DNA of 62,665 nt, filler included, from Dugesia japonica (lineage: Eukaryota), in NCBI GenBank assembly GCA_001938525.1. It is 6 parts of 6 records of this genome, joined end to end, with 100 filler letters (N's around TTAATTAATTAA, not from the genome) between each part and the next. Parts side by side here need not be neighbours in the genome. Positions count along the whole stretch, not along the records: positions 43,358 to 54,200 come from MQRL01594371.1; positions 54,301 to 62,665 come from MQRL01384687.1; 4 more parts are not named here. The stretch is one strand, 5' to 3'. The position numbers and the translations under genes are program-made. This document shows positions 49,503-61,522 of this stretch, piece after piece. How positions within the stretch are numbered: position 1 is the stretch's first letter; each line of letters begins with the position of its first letter. The notes under the pieces are model-generated. The model was given only the letters and a program-made list of their open reading frames with translations. It was not told where the DNA came from and made no database searches.

Positions 49503-49720
49503 AGTAGGTAGATATGAATGCACCAAACCGCGGCCCTTCGAAGGGGGGCACCCACCCCCCGATGAGTCATAGCTTTTGTACTCCGCCCCTTTTCTGCCAC
49601 GCCAACGTTTTTGGCCACGCCCACTTTTTTAAAATTTTTGTTAAAATTTTTTTGATGAGTCATACTTTTATTTGAAAATTTTTCTAAGTCAGAACAAAAA
49701 CACCATATCCCCACCATCCG
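49503..49720 (+). mobile_element. Polinton-like terminus, variant 3 (GC-rich)
   Basis: Begins AGTAGGTAGATA, identical to the first 12 nt of the 9440 terminus; GC hairpin CCCTTCGAAGGG; two GATGAGTCAT motifs. Confidence 0.45.
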
Positions 49721-50001
49721 GCAATATTTTTTTATTTATATTATGGTGACTGCCATTGCTATACTTGTTGATACAACACATTCAAACGGGTAATAAAAGA
49801 GAAAATAGTGATTAATAATTTTATCTTATTTTTTTTCTGCAATAAAAATACATGATAAAAAAAACGTGACTTGTAAAAAAAACATGAGCTCTGCAACAAC
49901 CTACATACAAAATGTGTTTTCTCACTACTACTAAGACTAACAAAATGAAAAACAAATTATTATTCAACTCCATTTATTAGACAATAAAAAGAATAATTAC
50001 A

Positions 50002-50250
50002 TTAATTTCTTCTAAACAAATAAAACAACACAACAGATGTACATACAGTCATAGCCGCATTTTTGACTCTCCTTTGTCTCTTCAATTCTTCTTTAATTTT
50101 GTTCATAAATATCGTTCGGACTAAGAGTTCAACATAGTCATGTTTACTCATTGGACNNNNNNNNNNNNNNNNNNNNNNNNNNNNNNNNNNNNNNNNNNNA
50201 CTGTTAATTGTATCTGACAATTTTTGAATTTCTCTTTCCAATTGATACAT
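50002..50250 (-). CDS. Small coiled-coil protein with C-terminal TM anchor (gap inside)
   Basis: ATG..AAMTVCTSVVLFYLFRRN*; lies inward of the 49503 terminus. Frame across the N gap is unverified. Confidence 0.3.
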   Translation of the reverse strand: MYQLEREIQKLSDTINSXXXXXXXXXXXXXXXPMSKHDYVELLVRTIFMNKIKEELKRQRRVKNAAMTVCTSVVLFYLFRRN

Positions 50251-50704
50251 GCTGAGAATAATTTTGAATTGTAAAAAGATTTATTTTACGAAAGCTATTG
50301 CTTTTATACTTTGTTGGGGTGAAACACCCACTAAAAGATAGAATAAACCAAAGAAAGAAATAAAACGAAAAAGCAACCATAAAAAAGAAATGAAGTAAAA
50401 ATAAAGAAGATACAAGGAAAATAGAGGCAGCATAGGATCCTTAATTAAGAAAAGATTAATAAATAAAAAGAATTAATAAAGGAAAATATTATAGAAAATA
50501 ATTAATTAATATCGAAAATTAATTAATTTTAAACAAAAACTCCAACGAAATTAGATAAAAATCTGTTTTTTACGGATATCGCTGGCCCCAGTCATCAGAA
50601 AAGACTCCAACAAGAAAAATTGAGCAGAAAATAGCCAAGTGCAATTCAGACCCTAAAAAGGAAAAACGTACCACCTTCCAGAGGGGTATGGTAGGGATTC
50701 TAAG

Positions 50705-50945
50705 ATTCGACCAATCAGCGGCCAGAAAATAAAANNNNNNNNNNNNNNNNNNNNNNNNNNNNNNNNNNNNNNNNNNNNNNNNNNNNNNNNNNNNNNNNNN
50801 NNNNNNNNNNNNNNNNNNNNNNNNNNNNNNNNNNNNNNNNNNNNNNAAAAGAGCCGTTCTAAAAATACCGGCAAATCTAAACCTAGTTGGGGTGTCCAGA
50901 AAATCCTATAAAAGGACCCTTAATTTTCAAGTAAAACACAACATT
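50705..50945 (+). promoter_or_regulatory. Pol II promoter-like CCAAT + TATA arrangement
   Basis: GACCAATCAG at 50709 and CCTATAAAAGG at 50905-50915 (N gap between them). Confidence 0.45.
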
Positions 50946-51439
50946 TATTTCATTTAACTAAGTAGCCAGAACTACGAATAAAATTTTTTTTATCGTCAAG
51001 TTATAAACAACTATCTACAACTAATTAAGCCAATAGTTCAGTAATCCGAGAAGAATTAAAGGAAAATATATNNNNNCGTATATTCAAGATTACCAGGAGT
51101 CAGTTGAAATTAGTGATAATTCTTATTAATCATTTCCTTCAGAAAAAACCACGTTAAAGGAAAAAGAAGAATTATCCCTCGAAATCTATCTAGCTTACGA
51201 ATCCATTGTTGATTAATCCTAGTACCGTTACAGAACGTGTGAAACTCCTCTTCAGAAACCATATATATAAGTAATTATCTTATTTTTTATCATATTAAAT
51301 GGTTGTATAAAAAAATTCATAATAAATGATTTAGTTATGATAATTTGATTTTATGAATTATAAAAGTGATCTTCTCCCATCATTTAAAGTATGAATCATG
51401 ACTCATATATGGACAATAGAGAAATAGTCGAATCAGTTG

Positions 51440-51960
51440 ATAATTGTAAAATAAGACAATATCAAAAGGAATCTTCCTGATTATAAAATAGCAAATATGA
51501 ATTTCCTAATCATTAAAATAGACAATATCAACATGAATTTCCTAATTTTAAACTAGAAAATTATCAACTGAATCCCCTATTTATAAAATAAAAAAATATA
51601 TCAAAACGAATTTCCTAATCATAAAATAGACAATATCAACATGAATTTCCTAATTTTAAACTAGAAAATTATCAACTGAATCTCCTATTTATAAAATAAA
51701 AAATATATCAAAACGAATTTCCTAATCATACAATAGACAATATCAACATGAATTTCCTAATTTTAAACTAGAAAATTATCAACTGAATCTCCTATTTATA
51801 AAATAAAAAATATATCAAAATGAATGTCTTAGTGTAAAATAGAAAAAATCAAAGCTGACTTCGTAATTCCAAACCAAAAGAATATCACCATTAATTTAGT
51901 AATCATAAAGTAGAAAATCTCAAAATTAACTTAATAATTATAAAATCGAGAATTAGGTCA
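51440..51960. repeat. Higher-order tandem repeat (~109 bp x3, built from ~36-bp monomers)
   Basis: AATCATAAAATAGACAATATCAACATGAATTTCCTAATTTTAAACTAGAAAATTATCAACTGAATCTCCTATTTATAAAATAAAAAATATATCAAAACGAATTTCCT repeated three times, with degenerate monomers on both sides. Confidence 0.9.
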
Positions 51961-54200
51961 TGAATGGTAAATCCAAAGAAAAAGAAAATTCTTTCATCAA
52001 AAATAGTTCATAGTGATAACCTAAAAAAGTAACCAAATTAATAGGACTGATAAATAGAAGAAATCGGAACATTAATTTAATAACTGTAAATCTAAAAAAT
52101 ATCCCAAACAGTTTAATATAGTAAATAGGGTGAATATAGAAAAAATCGTAACATTTGTTAATTAAACGATATCAGAATGATGTTGATAATGAAAGTAGAA
52201 ATCTGTCAAAATTAAATAGAGCAGATAGTGGTAATAAATGCCTAAAACACAAATTTTAACATTTAAACCAAGACAACATCATTTTATTACTTCTACCAAT
52301 TACATCGAGTATTATTTATAACACAACTGGATTAAATAATGAAATACCTGTAAAATCATACATAACGCAGGAGATTGGAGGTCATAAGTAAAAAATCCAA
52401 GACATTGATCCATAATTAGCTATCCTGCTAATGGCGAAGTTAATGAAAATTCCGATAAAAGAATTCCCGAAGTGATAATTTGCGAGTATGCAGTATCGGA
52501 ATTATGAAGTTATGAGGCACACACACACAGAGATGCATACACTAACCACGAGCTTGGCAGTGATGTTGACCTTGGATGTAACCATGGAAATATAAATTCC
52601 CGGCATTTTCAAATCAACACTGGATTCTTAAATTCATACTAATCGAATTATAGAAATATCAGCTAGTAATATTCAGCACATTCATTGAATTAATTGTTCT
52701 ATTAATAAAATAAAGTTTCTCATAACTAAATACTCTCAACAACACTTTCCAAAAATTTGTCCAAGAATTGAGTCAAATTAGCATTTCAAGTTTATGACTA
52801 ACCCCCTTTTTCTAACCCCATGTGTTCAAGGAATTGATAAAGATTTTATTAATCATCTCGTCAATATTACCATTATTATTTCGGTGGTTATTATTCTGAT
52901 TATGATTATTATTACTAGCTATATTATTCCGAGATTATTTTACTATCCAATTTCGCAATATCAACATCTTGATAATCAGTTTGACACATTACTACTATTG
53001 ACAATCCTGAACATTACTTTCGACACTAATGTTGTTATTATTAACTTTGGTAACCCTAGTTTTACCCTTAATCGTAACATAGTTCGTTATATCATTACCA
53101 AAACATATGCAAGCACTCCGAAATGATGTTAAGAACATTGTCAACGTTTAAATTGTATATTATTGAAACATGATGTTACATTAATGCTAACAATAAATTC
53201 GACGATAGAGCTAAATAGTAGACTGATTATACAGTTAAAATCCAGATAGCTAATGCCTTTATCGCGTTCGCTACGAGGGGGTAAATACGCCCTGGGGAAG
53301 TTAAGCGTTATTCATATCATAAATGCGCAAATCCGTAGTATCATTTCGTTACTAATGTTATCACCCCACTTGCGACGAATATATATAATTTAACTGAGAT
53401 TCTTATGCTTGTATCCGTTTCAGTAATGCCAGCCCGACTACGCCACATGCTTCGGTGGATCAAACAGCGACGTCAGTCTGCTAGGCTCAAGCAATTAATC
53501 GCGCACCTTCTGACCAATGGGGCCGTGGAACACCCCAACGAGACAGACTTGCAGTGTTTCGTCGAGATGTTTCCCCTGACGGTTCCAGTCGACCTCGACG
53601 AGGACTTAGAAATCCTAACCGCATGGTAACGAGTGGCTTGTTTGATCATTTACAACATTAAATAAATAATCGTTGCTGCGGAGTTTGCGTTATTAATTTT
53701 AAGATTTTGCTTACAACATTAATTAAATAATCTCTGCGGTAAATTTTGCGTGATTGATTTCAAGGTTTTGTAAAATTACAGTTGTAGTAACACATATCCA
53801 TCCCGGATAGTTTTACGATCTTTTCATTGTAGAATTTCTCTAATGGATCACGTATGGAACGTGANTACGGACATCCAAACGGGGTTATCCACATTCAAGA
53901 AATTCAGGAATCCGCATAATCGGGACGCAGGAGTATTAGTCAATAACTCCAACATAACCCCCGAGTTAGCGGAGGAATATCGGAACTGGGAAGCCGAGGA
54001 ACGAGAAGCGTACTACCAGTGGCGTGGCCCCATGCAGGACCGCCCTTATTATCCTCGGTCTCCTCGCACTGATTCCACTTCTATGCGATTACCACGAATT
54101 GAACGAGTGTGGTCGGAGAGTCCTATGGTGTTCGGGTTTGCTACCACCCAACTACCTTCTTATGACCACCTTTCTTCCTTCATCCAGAATAACTTGTGGA

Positions 54201-54300
54201 NNNNNNNNNNNNNNNNNNNNNNNNNNNNNNNNNNNNNNNNNNNNTTAATTAATTAANNNNNNNNNNNNNNNNNNNNNNNNNNNNNNNNNNNNNNNNNNNN
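54201..54300. other. Artificial scaffold linker
   Basis: N44-TTAATTAATTAA-N44. Confidence 0.97.
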
Positions 54301-56580
54301 GGAGAATAATATAAAACTGGAATGGGTTGGAACAATTGAAGTAGAACAGAAAACAAATATTTCGTATCATCAACTGCAAGGCATACCAAGTGTTACGGTA
54401 TCAATTCAAAGAAATGAAGTCGAATGTTTATTAAATACAGGGGATCGAATTAAATTTATGAGTTTGAGTTATTTTAATAAATTACGAGAACTACATTTAG
54501 AAATGAAAGATAAAAGATTGCTTTGTGCAAATAATGGTACACTTGAAATTGTTAAGGAAGTTAAAACTAGAGTGATAATTGATGAAGTTTGGCAAAGAGA
54601 TCACTTTCTTAGTTGCTGAAAGAGTGACACCAGATCTAATAGGAGAAATAGATGTTCAAAAAGTTTTTTGATATCAGTTTAGGCGAAACTTTGATAGCAA
54701 AACGGATGAAAAAGTTGAAAATTAAATTTCTAATATTGAATCGAAATTCGGAAGACAAATTAAAAAGAGAGAGCGATTGACAAGAGCCTTAAATATTTTG
54801 AAGATTAAAGGGGATCAACGGTCATTGAAAATAATTGTAAGTAAAGAAGATGCTTTTATCGCAGATAAATGAGATGTAGGACACATATATCCGACAANAT
54901 GCAAAATAATCAAAAGTTGTGAACCAATCAATGTAAAACCGTACAATCAACCAATGAACTTATAATATAAAATTGAAGAAACTATCCAAATCCTTTTCGA
55001 GAATAATATTATCCGGAAATAAAACTCTCCATGGAATACCCCACTGATTTGTTTTTGGAAAAAGAAAAAGACGGACATTGAAATATGTTTGGATTTCAGA
55101 AAACTGAATGCAGTAACAAAAATACAAGGCTTTCCGATGCCGAGCGTTGATGAAATGCTGAAATTAGATGAAGAAAATTTTTTAAGTTCAATAGATTTGT
55201 GAAATGCGTATTATCAAGTAGAACTCGAAGAAAAATCTCAAGAAAAAATAACGTTTTCAACAAAGCACGATCAATATTGTTTTAATAGATTGCATTTTAA
55301 GATCGCAGCGGCACGGAGAACATTTCAGGAGATGATGACAAAAGTGGTAAGTGGAATTAAAGGAGCTATGGTTTATATCGATGACATTCTGATATTTACG
55401 AACAATAAAGATCAACACTATGAAGTAATTGACCGATTATTGATGGAAATAATGAAGGCTGGTTTAAGAATTAATCCCGTTTCTTCAAAGCGAAATCAAA
55501 TTTCTTGGACACATAATTAACAAGGATGGTGCTGGAACTAATCCGTCTATAATAGAAGCAATAAGAACAATTGACAGGCTTAAATTGCGTGAAAAAGTTA
55601 CAAAGCTTCTTAGAAATTTTTAATAACTGCAGGAAATTTATTGAAAACTACGAAAAAATCAAGGATCTTAGAAAAGTTGTGTAGCGGACCAAACAACAAA
55701 ACGTTAGGATGGACAGATGAAATAAACGATACTTTTCAGGATCTAAAGAAATCTCTAATGACTGCACCAATATTGTATTTTCAAGACATAAACAGAGAAT
55801 TAACGTTAGATACAGATGCCAGTTTCGATAAAATTGGAACAGTATTGTCACAGAAAAATAAGGAAGAAAGAGAAAAGGTTGTTGCATATTGATGACACTC
55901 AATGACAAGTCATGAAAAGGGATACTGCATCACACGAAAGGAGGTATTGGCTGTTTATTATTTCTGCATGCATTTCAAACATTACTTGTATGGTAGAAGA
56001 TTTACTCTTAGAACAAATCATAAAGTTCTAACTCTAATGATGAGGTCACAATTCAAGACTAGTATTAATTAACTGAGTAGTATAGACATAGTTTTGGAAT
56101 ATAGAAATGAAATTCAACATGGTAATGCATATATGTTATCTAGACCAAGATGTCAAGTTTTTGTACCATCTCAAATATCACATGAGGATGTCAAGAAAGG
56201 GAAGTTTAAAGTGAGAAGACTAAACATAATTGAAAAGTAAAAAGAAGAGCAATTAAAAATTTCTGACGAAACAGATTTAATCAAGAAACTAAAAATTTCG
56301 AATGACAATATACATGAGAGAATAGAAGAAATAATTTAATTATTATGCCATGCAGGAGTTGAAAAAGTGTACGAATATATGAGAAACAAATATATTGCTA
56401 AGAATTTGTGAAGCCAAATACTGAAGATAGTTTGTAGTCATGAAATTTGTCAGAAGACCAAAGTAGTTAAAAAAGAGAAGACAAATTGATTAGAAGCTAC
56501 CAATTTCTTTGAAGTCATATTCAAAGATATATGTGGGCCAATGCTGGAAACAAGTGAACGGAAAAAATACATTCTTGGAA
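54301..56580 (+). mobile_element. Degraded Ty3/gypsy pol (protease, RT, RNase H, IN N-terminus)
   Basis: VECLLNTG (protease-like), SPWNTPL, CLDFRKLN, VYIDDILIF, LDTDASFD, HYLYGRRFTLRT, LCHAG, DICGP. Confidence 0.9.
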
Positions 56581-57260
56581 ATTTAATTAGAAAGTAATTA
56601 ATTATTGATATTAACACGCATTAATTAATTGAGTCAGAAATTTCTCATTTTAATCACGAACTTTCATACATTTTTCTTAACAGATTATATGAATATTATT
56701 AAAATGATNAATAACATTATTATTTTTATTCGAGAGATTATTAATAAGAAAAAGTCGATTTCTGTCGATGACAAAGTCAAAAATTAGAATTATTATCAAA
56801 AACAAAAAGGACAAATTTTTGATCCAAGCTTTTGTTTTAATGAATTCTGAAAAACTATCAATGGTTACGTCCAAAAATTATTCTCGCAATATTTGCAATT
56901 GTAAGGCAATTATGGCTGGCGCCATCAACCGTGGACATTTTTATTTATTCAATGGTTTAAATATTTTCAAAATTCAAAATCCCATAAAATTCTTAAGAAA
57001 TGTAAAAGAAGGGAATTAATACCTTTTGGTTTTAGAACTCAAAAAAAACTTGAGAACATCTTTATTTGTCGCCAATCCGAAGAATTGTCTAAACGACAAG
57101 GTTTTTAGTGGATGACGTTTCTTAAGAAGAGACTATATATTGAACTTCATTATCTGCTAAAAAATAAACTTATACCTTTTCCTCTTAATAAAGTTGATCA
57201 AGAAAAATTTAACAAATATGAAGAAATAATTTCTTGCAATAAACAAAAGAAAATAAGATC

Positions 57261-57580
57261 ATGATCAAGGATACTGTAAATAAATTCCCGTTTTTAAACT
57301 CAGGAATCAATACAGCTTTCCCTGCCTATGCTGATGATCTCGTACTTATGACAAATAACCAACTAAAAAGTGTTGCAATGATAAATCATATAGTTATTCT
57401 CTCTGAAATTTGTCAATTTCGGTTCAGACCTAGAAAATGTGGCTACTTCATCACTAACAGCCAATACGTTTCTAATGAAATCCAAATTTTTGGAGAAAAA
57501 CTTCGTATCATTGACGAAGAAAATCTCTTTAATTACTTAGGTTCACCTTTAAGTGAAAAGAAAAAATGCAACCTAGAGAA
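57261..57580 (+). mobile_element. Non-LTR retrotransposon RT fragment (R2/RLE-like)
   Basis: AYADDLVLM, F.PRKCG and FNYLGSP, corresponding to RT domains 5-7 of a LINE. Confidence 0.7.
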
Positions 57581-57829
57581 AATTATCCCAATAAAATTGA
57601 TTGCACTCCTCTTTCATGATGTATGAGCAAAATTTATTTAAACTTGGCTGTTTGATGAAACTTATTGATAAAAAGAAAATAGTTAAGGTGATAGACTCGT
57701 CTATACCTACTTTGACCGATTTTAGGACTAGTCATCCTATTGTATTGATAAATAAAGCTTTTTTTCATTCAAATTAACAAAGATCATAGATTGACTGCAA
57801 TTGTTCAGAATAATAAGGTTGTAATTATG

Positions 57830-58970
57830 GCATATAAATGGAACATTGATGCTCTCATTTAACAAAGCATCGAATAATCGCTAAAGATGGTCCAATCAAC
57901 ATAAAATAGTATCGTCAACAAATAAATCTTGAAAAGAAGATTGAAGGGGCCGTCAAAAATCTGATTAATAATAGGATAATCTGGAAGTGTAATTCGTAAT
58001 GGAATACGCCATTAATCTGTGTTTATAAAAATGTAAAAAAGGATATACGATAATTCTTAGACTTTAGACAGCTCAATGCAAAAACAGAAAGACAAAGTTT
58101 TCCTATGCCAAATGTGGACGAAATGCTAGATGCTTTAGAAGGCACGCAGTATTTTAGCTCAATAGACTTGGGAAATGCATACTACCAAGTGGAACTCAGT
58201 GACGATTCTCAAGAAAAGACGGCATTTTCAACTAAACAAGGGCAATTTGGTTTCAATAGAATGACTTTTGGAATTGCAGCATCACCAGCTACGTTCCAGG
58301 AAATGATGAATAAAGGGATTGGTAAAATAACAGGAGCGATGATATATCTAGACGATATTCTCATATTTACGGAAACAAAGAAGCAACACTATGAAATAGT
58401 CAATAAAGTATTAACAGAAATTAAGAAGGCTGGTCTAAGAGTTAATCCGGAGAAATGTCAATTCATGCGAAAGGAGATCAAATTCTTTGGACACTTTATC
58501 AGTAAAGAAGGTAATAAAATAGATCCATTGGAGTCTAAATCAATGAAAAATTTTGCAACTGAACATGGAATTACCCTCAGGTTTTTGAGTCTATATCATC
58601 ATAACACAAATGGACAAATCGAGAGACAGTTTAGAACTATGTGAGATAGGATAAATGCGAAACTTAAAGAAAGGAAAACATCAAATTGGGCGGATATATT
58701 GTCAGAGATCGTATATACCTTGGATGTTACAAAACAGAAAACCATCGGGAAAAGCCCTGCTGAAATAGTATCGGAAAAGAGAATAAGTAGAGAGAAATAA
58801 TACGAAACAAATTCTTAAAGAAAGCATAAATAACAAGATGAAAATATATTGACCAATAGACAATTCAAGGTTGGTGATGAGGTCTTAGTGAAAGTTGAAA
58901 CCAGAACCAAGATTGTTTTGAAGAACCCTATAAGATCAAAAGAGAAGTTTACGACAGATACCACCATCTA
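57830..58970 (+). mobile_element. Ty3/gypsy pol with internal deletion (RT joined directly to IN C-terminus)
   Basis: FPMPNVDEMLD, IDLGNAYYQV, IYLDDILIF, FFGHFI..DP, then immediately SKSMKNFATEHGI..YHHNTNGQIER. Same family as 12480-15600. Confidence 0.9.
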
Positions 58971-59049
58971 ATAACGGTTTATATAAACCCTTTACTTGTT
59001 CTGTAGACTTGTAGAATTTTGCAGAGGGAAGATCAAGTATTAGCGAAAG

Positions 59050-59850
59050 ATTTTCATCAAATGATACATATTAAACTTTATCAAGTAATTTAAACATGAT
59101 CAGTCTAAATTTTGAAAATATTAAAAATTATTTAAATATTTTGTGGCAAAACTTTATAAATGATTTTTTAAATCCATGTAATTGAGCATCAAATTGTGAA
59201 TTAAACTTCAATTCAATAATACAATCAGATTTGATTACTGTTTTCTTTGCGCCATCAATGTTTATTTCACAATTAGCTTTATTTTTTGAACCCGAAAAAA
59301 TAAATTTCTTTTATTTCAACGTTTATGATATTCACAATTTCTTTTATCGTGTCATTTCCTTCAATAATAAAAAACCTTAATTTTAAAGGTATTGATGGAA
59401 TATTAACCAGTATTAATTTCTCATCAGCTTCAACAATTGAAGCCAATGGTTTCTTGTTTTTGATACTGATTGAATTAAATCCGAATATTTTAGCATTTGC
59501 CACCAAGGTTAATTCCATTTCCATTTGACAGTCTGTTTTTATTATCAATTTCTTCTAATAAATAGAAAAATTCAAATTATATTTTTGTTTTCTGGAGGAA
59601 ACGTAAAGTTGAATATTATCATTTCCTATTGCAATTTGAAGTTTTTCTTCAATTTCCTTCACATGTCTTATTCTATAATCCTGGTTTGACATTTTCCTTT
59701 TAGTCTGCGAATAATAATTGAAAAGAAGTTCTGTCATGGTAACTTCCCAACGGTTATCTTTCAAACTGATGGCATTCTCATAGTCGACTATTATTATCAG
59801 ATCAAGTTCTTGGACAACTATTGCTTAACAAAACCATATAAAAACTCATT
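59050..59850 (-). pseudogene. Polinton minor capsid (penton/PY)-like gene, degraded
   Basis: MSFYMVLLS.(N)SCP..DN..DYENAISLKDNRWEVTMTEL matches the Maverick PY N-terminus pattern F.++L.SNS..I.L.G.WEV.+.E. Lies directly downstream of the integrase. Confidence 0.6.
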
Positions 59851-59859
59851 ATTGGATTT

Positions 59860-60760
59860 AAGATGTTTGAATCCAAGTAGGTTTTGAATATCCATGCCAT
59901 TCAATTAAATGTTGGTTATCGTGTCCTTGACCTTTGGTTTCTAAAATTGATTTGGTTCGATTTATACTTGGCTTTTCCCGCAACACTTGTTATTCCTGCT
60001 CAAAAAAAATTTGTCTAGAATAATATTGTCATCTTCATCATGTATATATTACCGGGATCTGCCTAGTGTTGATTTCTGAGATTTGAAAGACTTCATCACT
60101 TCAATTATTATCAAAATTCTTTATAAATGGTGCCGTATTAATTCGGGAAATCTGTATATATTTTCCAATGTTATATTTTGGTTTTGGATTATTATTTATG
60201 AAATACTGTTTATCATTATCATCATCTGTAACATCGACTGGTGTCTTTCCTCCTCCAACACATCTGTGCTCAGAATAGTTTTATGTATAAATAATCTTTG
60301 GTAAAACATGTATCCATTTCTTATTATCTTGTTTGGTAAAGAACTTGGTTAATCAAATTCGTAATGCTCGATTAAATAGCCCATCTAGAACAGCCTTGTA
60401 CTCAGAAATACTGAATAATGTAGTATACCATATTGTTTCAATAGTGATTTGAATTGGGCATTATAACACTCTATCAAAATCTGTTTTAATGGCTTTTGGG
60501 TGAACATCTTTGAACTAACTCGTCAAAGCCAACAATATGTTCTTGCAAGATTTCAGAGGGTACCGATTAAATACCACAGCATATGTCAAAATATATCTGT
60601 AATCATTATTTAAGCTTGCATATGGAATCATTTCCATCAAATCCATTTACCATAGTCTGTTAACACCACCAACAATATACTTACGTGTTGGCAACCATAC
60701 GGTTCAATATAAGTGAAAGTTCTTTTCCATGATCGTTTTTTATATATTTTTGTAGAGTAG
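59860..60760 (-). pseudogene. Polinton/Maverick rve integrase with C-terminal chromodomain, degraded
   Basis: PTRKYIVGGVNRLW.MDLMEM..YRYILT, PKAIKTD, YNAQFKSLLKQYGILHYS, FNRALR, KWIHVLPKII, TPVDV, PKYNIG..IQISR, SDEVFQI; chromo-like HLIEWHGYSKPTWI. Confidence 0.85.
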
Positions 60761-61449
60761 ATTCATTTTTGTGGGTGATCGTTTAAATATCACTATCAAT
60801 TTTCTGACTCTATTTACTATATTGATGAATATTGAATAGTGCATACTTTTTAATATTTCTTCAAATTATATTATAAACAAGCAAAATCTAGAGCAACAAA
60901 TTGTCTCATTTGCACTATCACTTGCTGTGTGGTCAACAAGACAAAACTATCGCAGTACAGCACTCGCAACTCGTACAAACACCCACAGACGACTGTCTGA
61001 AGTCTGGGGGTTAATGTATCGAGAGTAGTCATCAATAACCATTAATAATAACTTAATAATCAAATACATAATTTGATTATGCTTTTTTGTGCAAAAAAAT
61101 ATTGTTTCATATCACAGTTTACGACCACTGCCCAGACGTGTGCGACGCCAAAGGTCATGAGAGATGCAGTACGGGTTTAAATGGCTCACTTAGCGATAAT
61201 GTATTGTTTTAATTTTACAAACACAAATAGATTTTTATTGATCAAAATATCGTTTTTTGCCGCCTTTAGTAACAATGCGCAACAGAAACAAAATATACAT
61301 TTAGTTATTAATTGCGAAAGAGACAAAATATATGTGAGAAGAAAAATAGACTTGTTGTTTGCAAATTATATAACACATTTTATTATTTATTATTTTACGC
61401 CAGAATATTAGTATTTCTGGCACATTCGTGAATTTTGGAATTGTGTTTT

Positions 61450-61522
61450 CTTTTCCCGGAACTTATCAGGTATTTAAAATCGTCGGATACTGGGATCCAG
61501 GATACCGGGAATAGAATCCCTA
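61450..61522 (-). mobile_element. Possible hAT terminus with subterminal CCCGG-like repeats
   Basis: Reverse complement begins TAGGGATT followed by repeated TCCCGG/ATCC motifs. No partner end found. Confidence 0.3.

Larger units (their letters stand above)
50312..54200 (+). mobile_element. Putative very long LTR-like unit (>=3.9 kb) with internal promoter and exon-like ORFs
   Basis: Starts TGTTGGGG; A-rich U3-like tract; CCAAT (~50711) and TATAAAAG (50907); tandem repeats; GC-richer ORFs at 53426-53629 and 53843-54200, each preceded by a splice acceptor. Confidence 0.4.

Noticed and set aside
60985-61180. piggyBac-like ends (GGG-TTAA at ~61008, GGGTTTAA at ~61173)
   Set aside because: No matching TTAA-CCC partner end or transposase was found.
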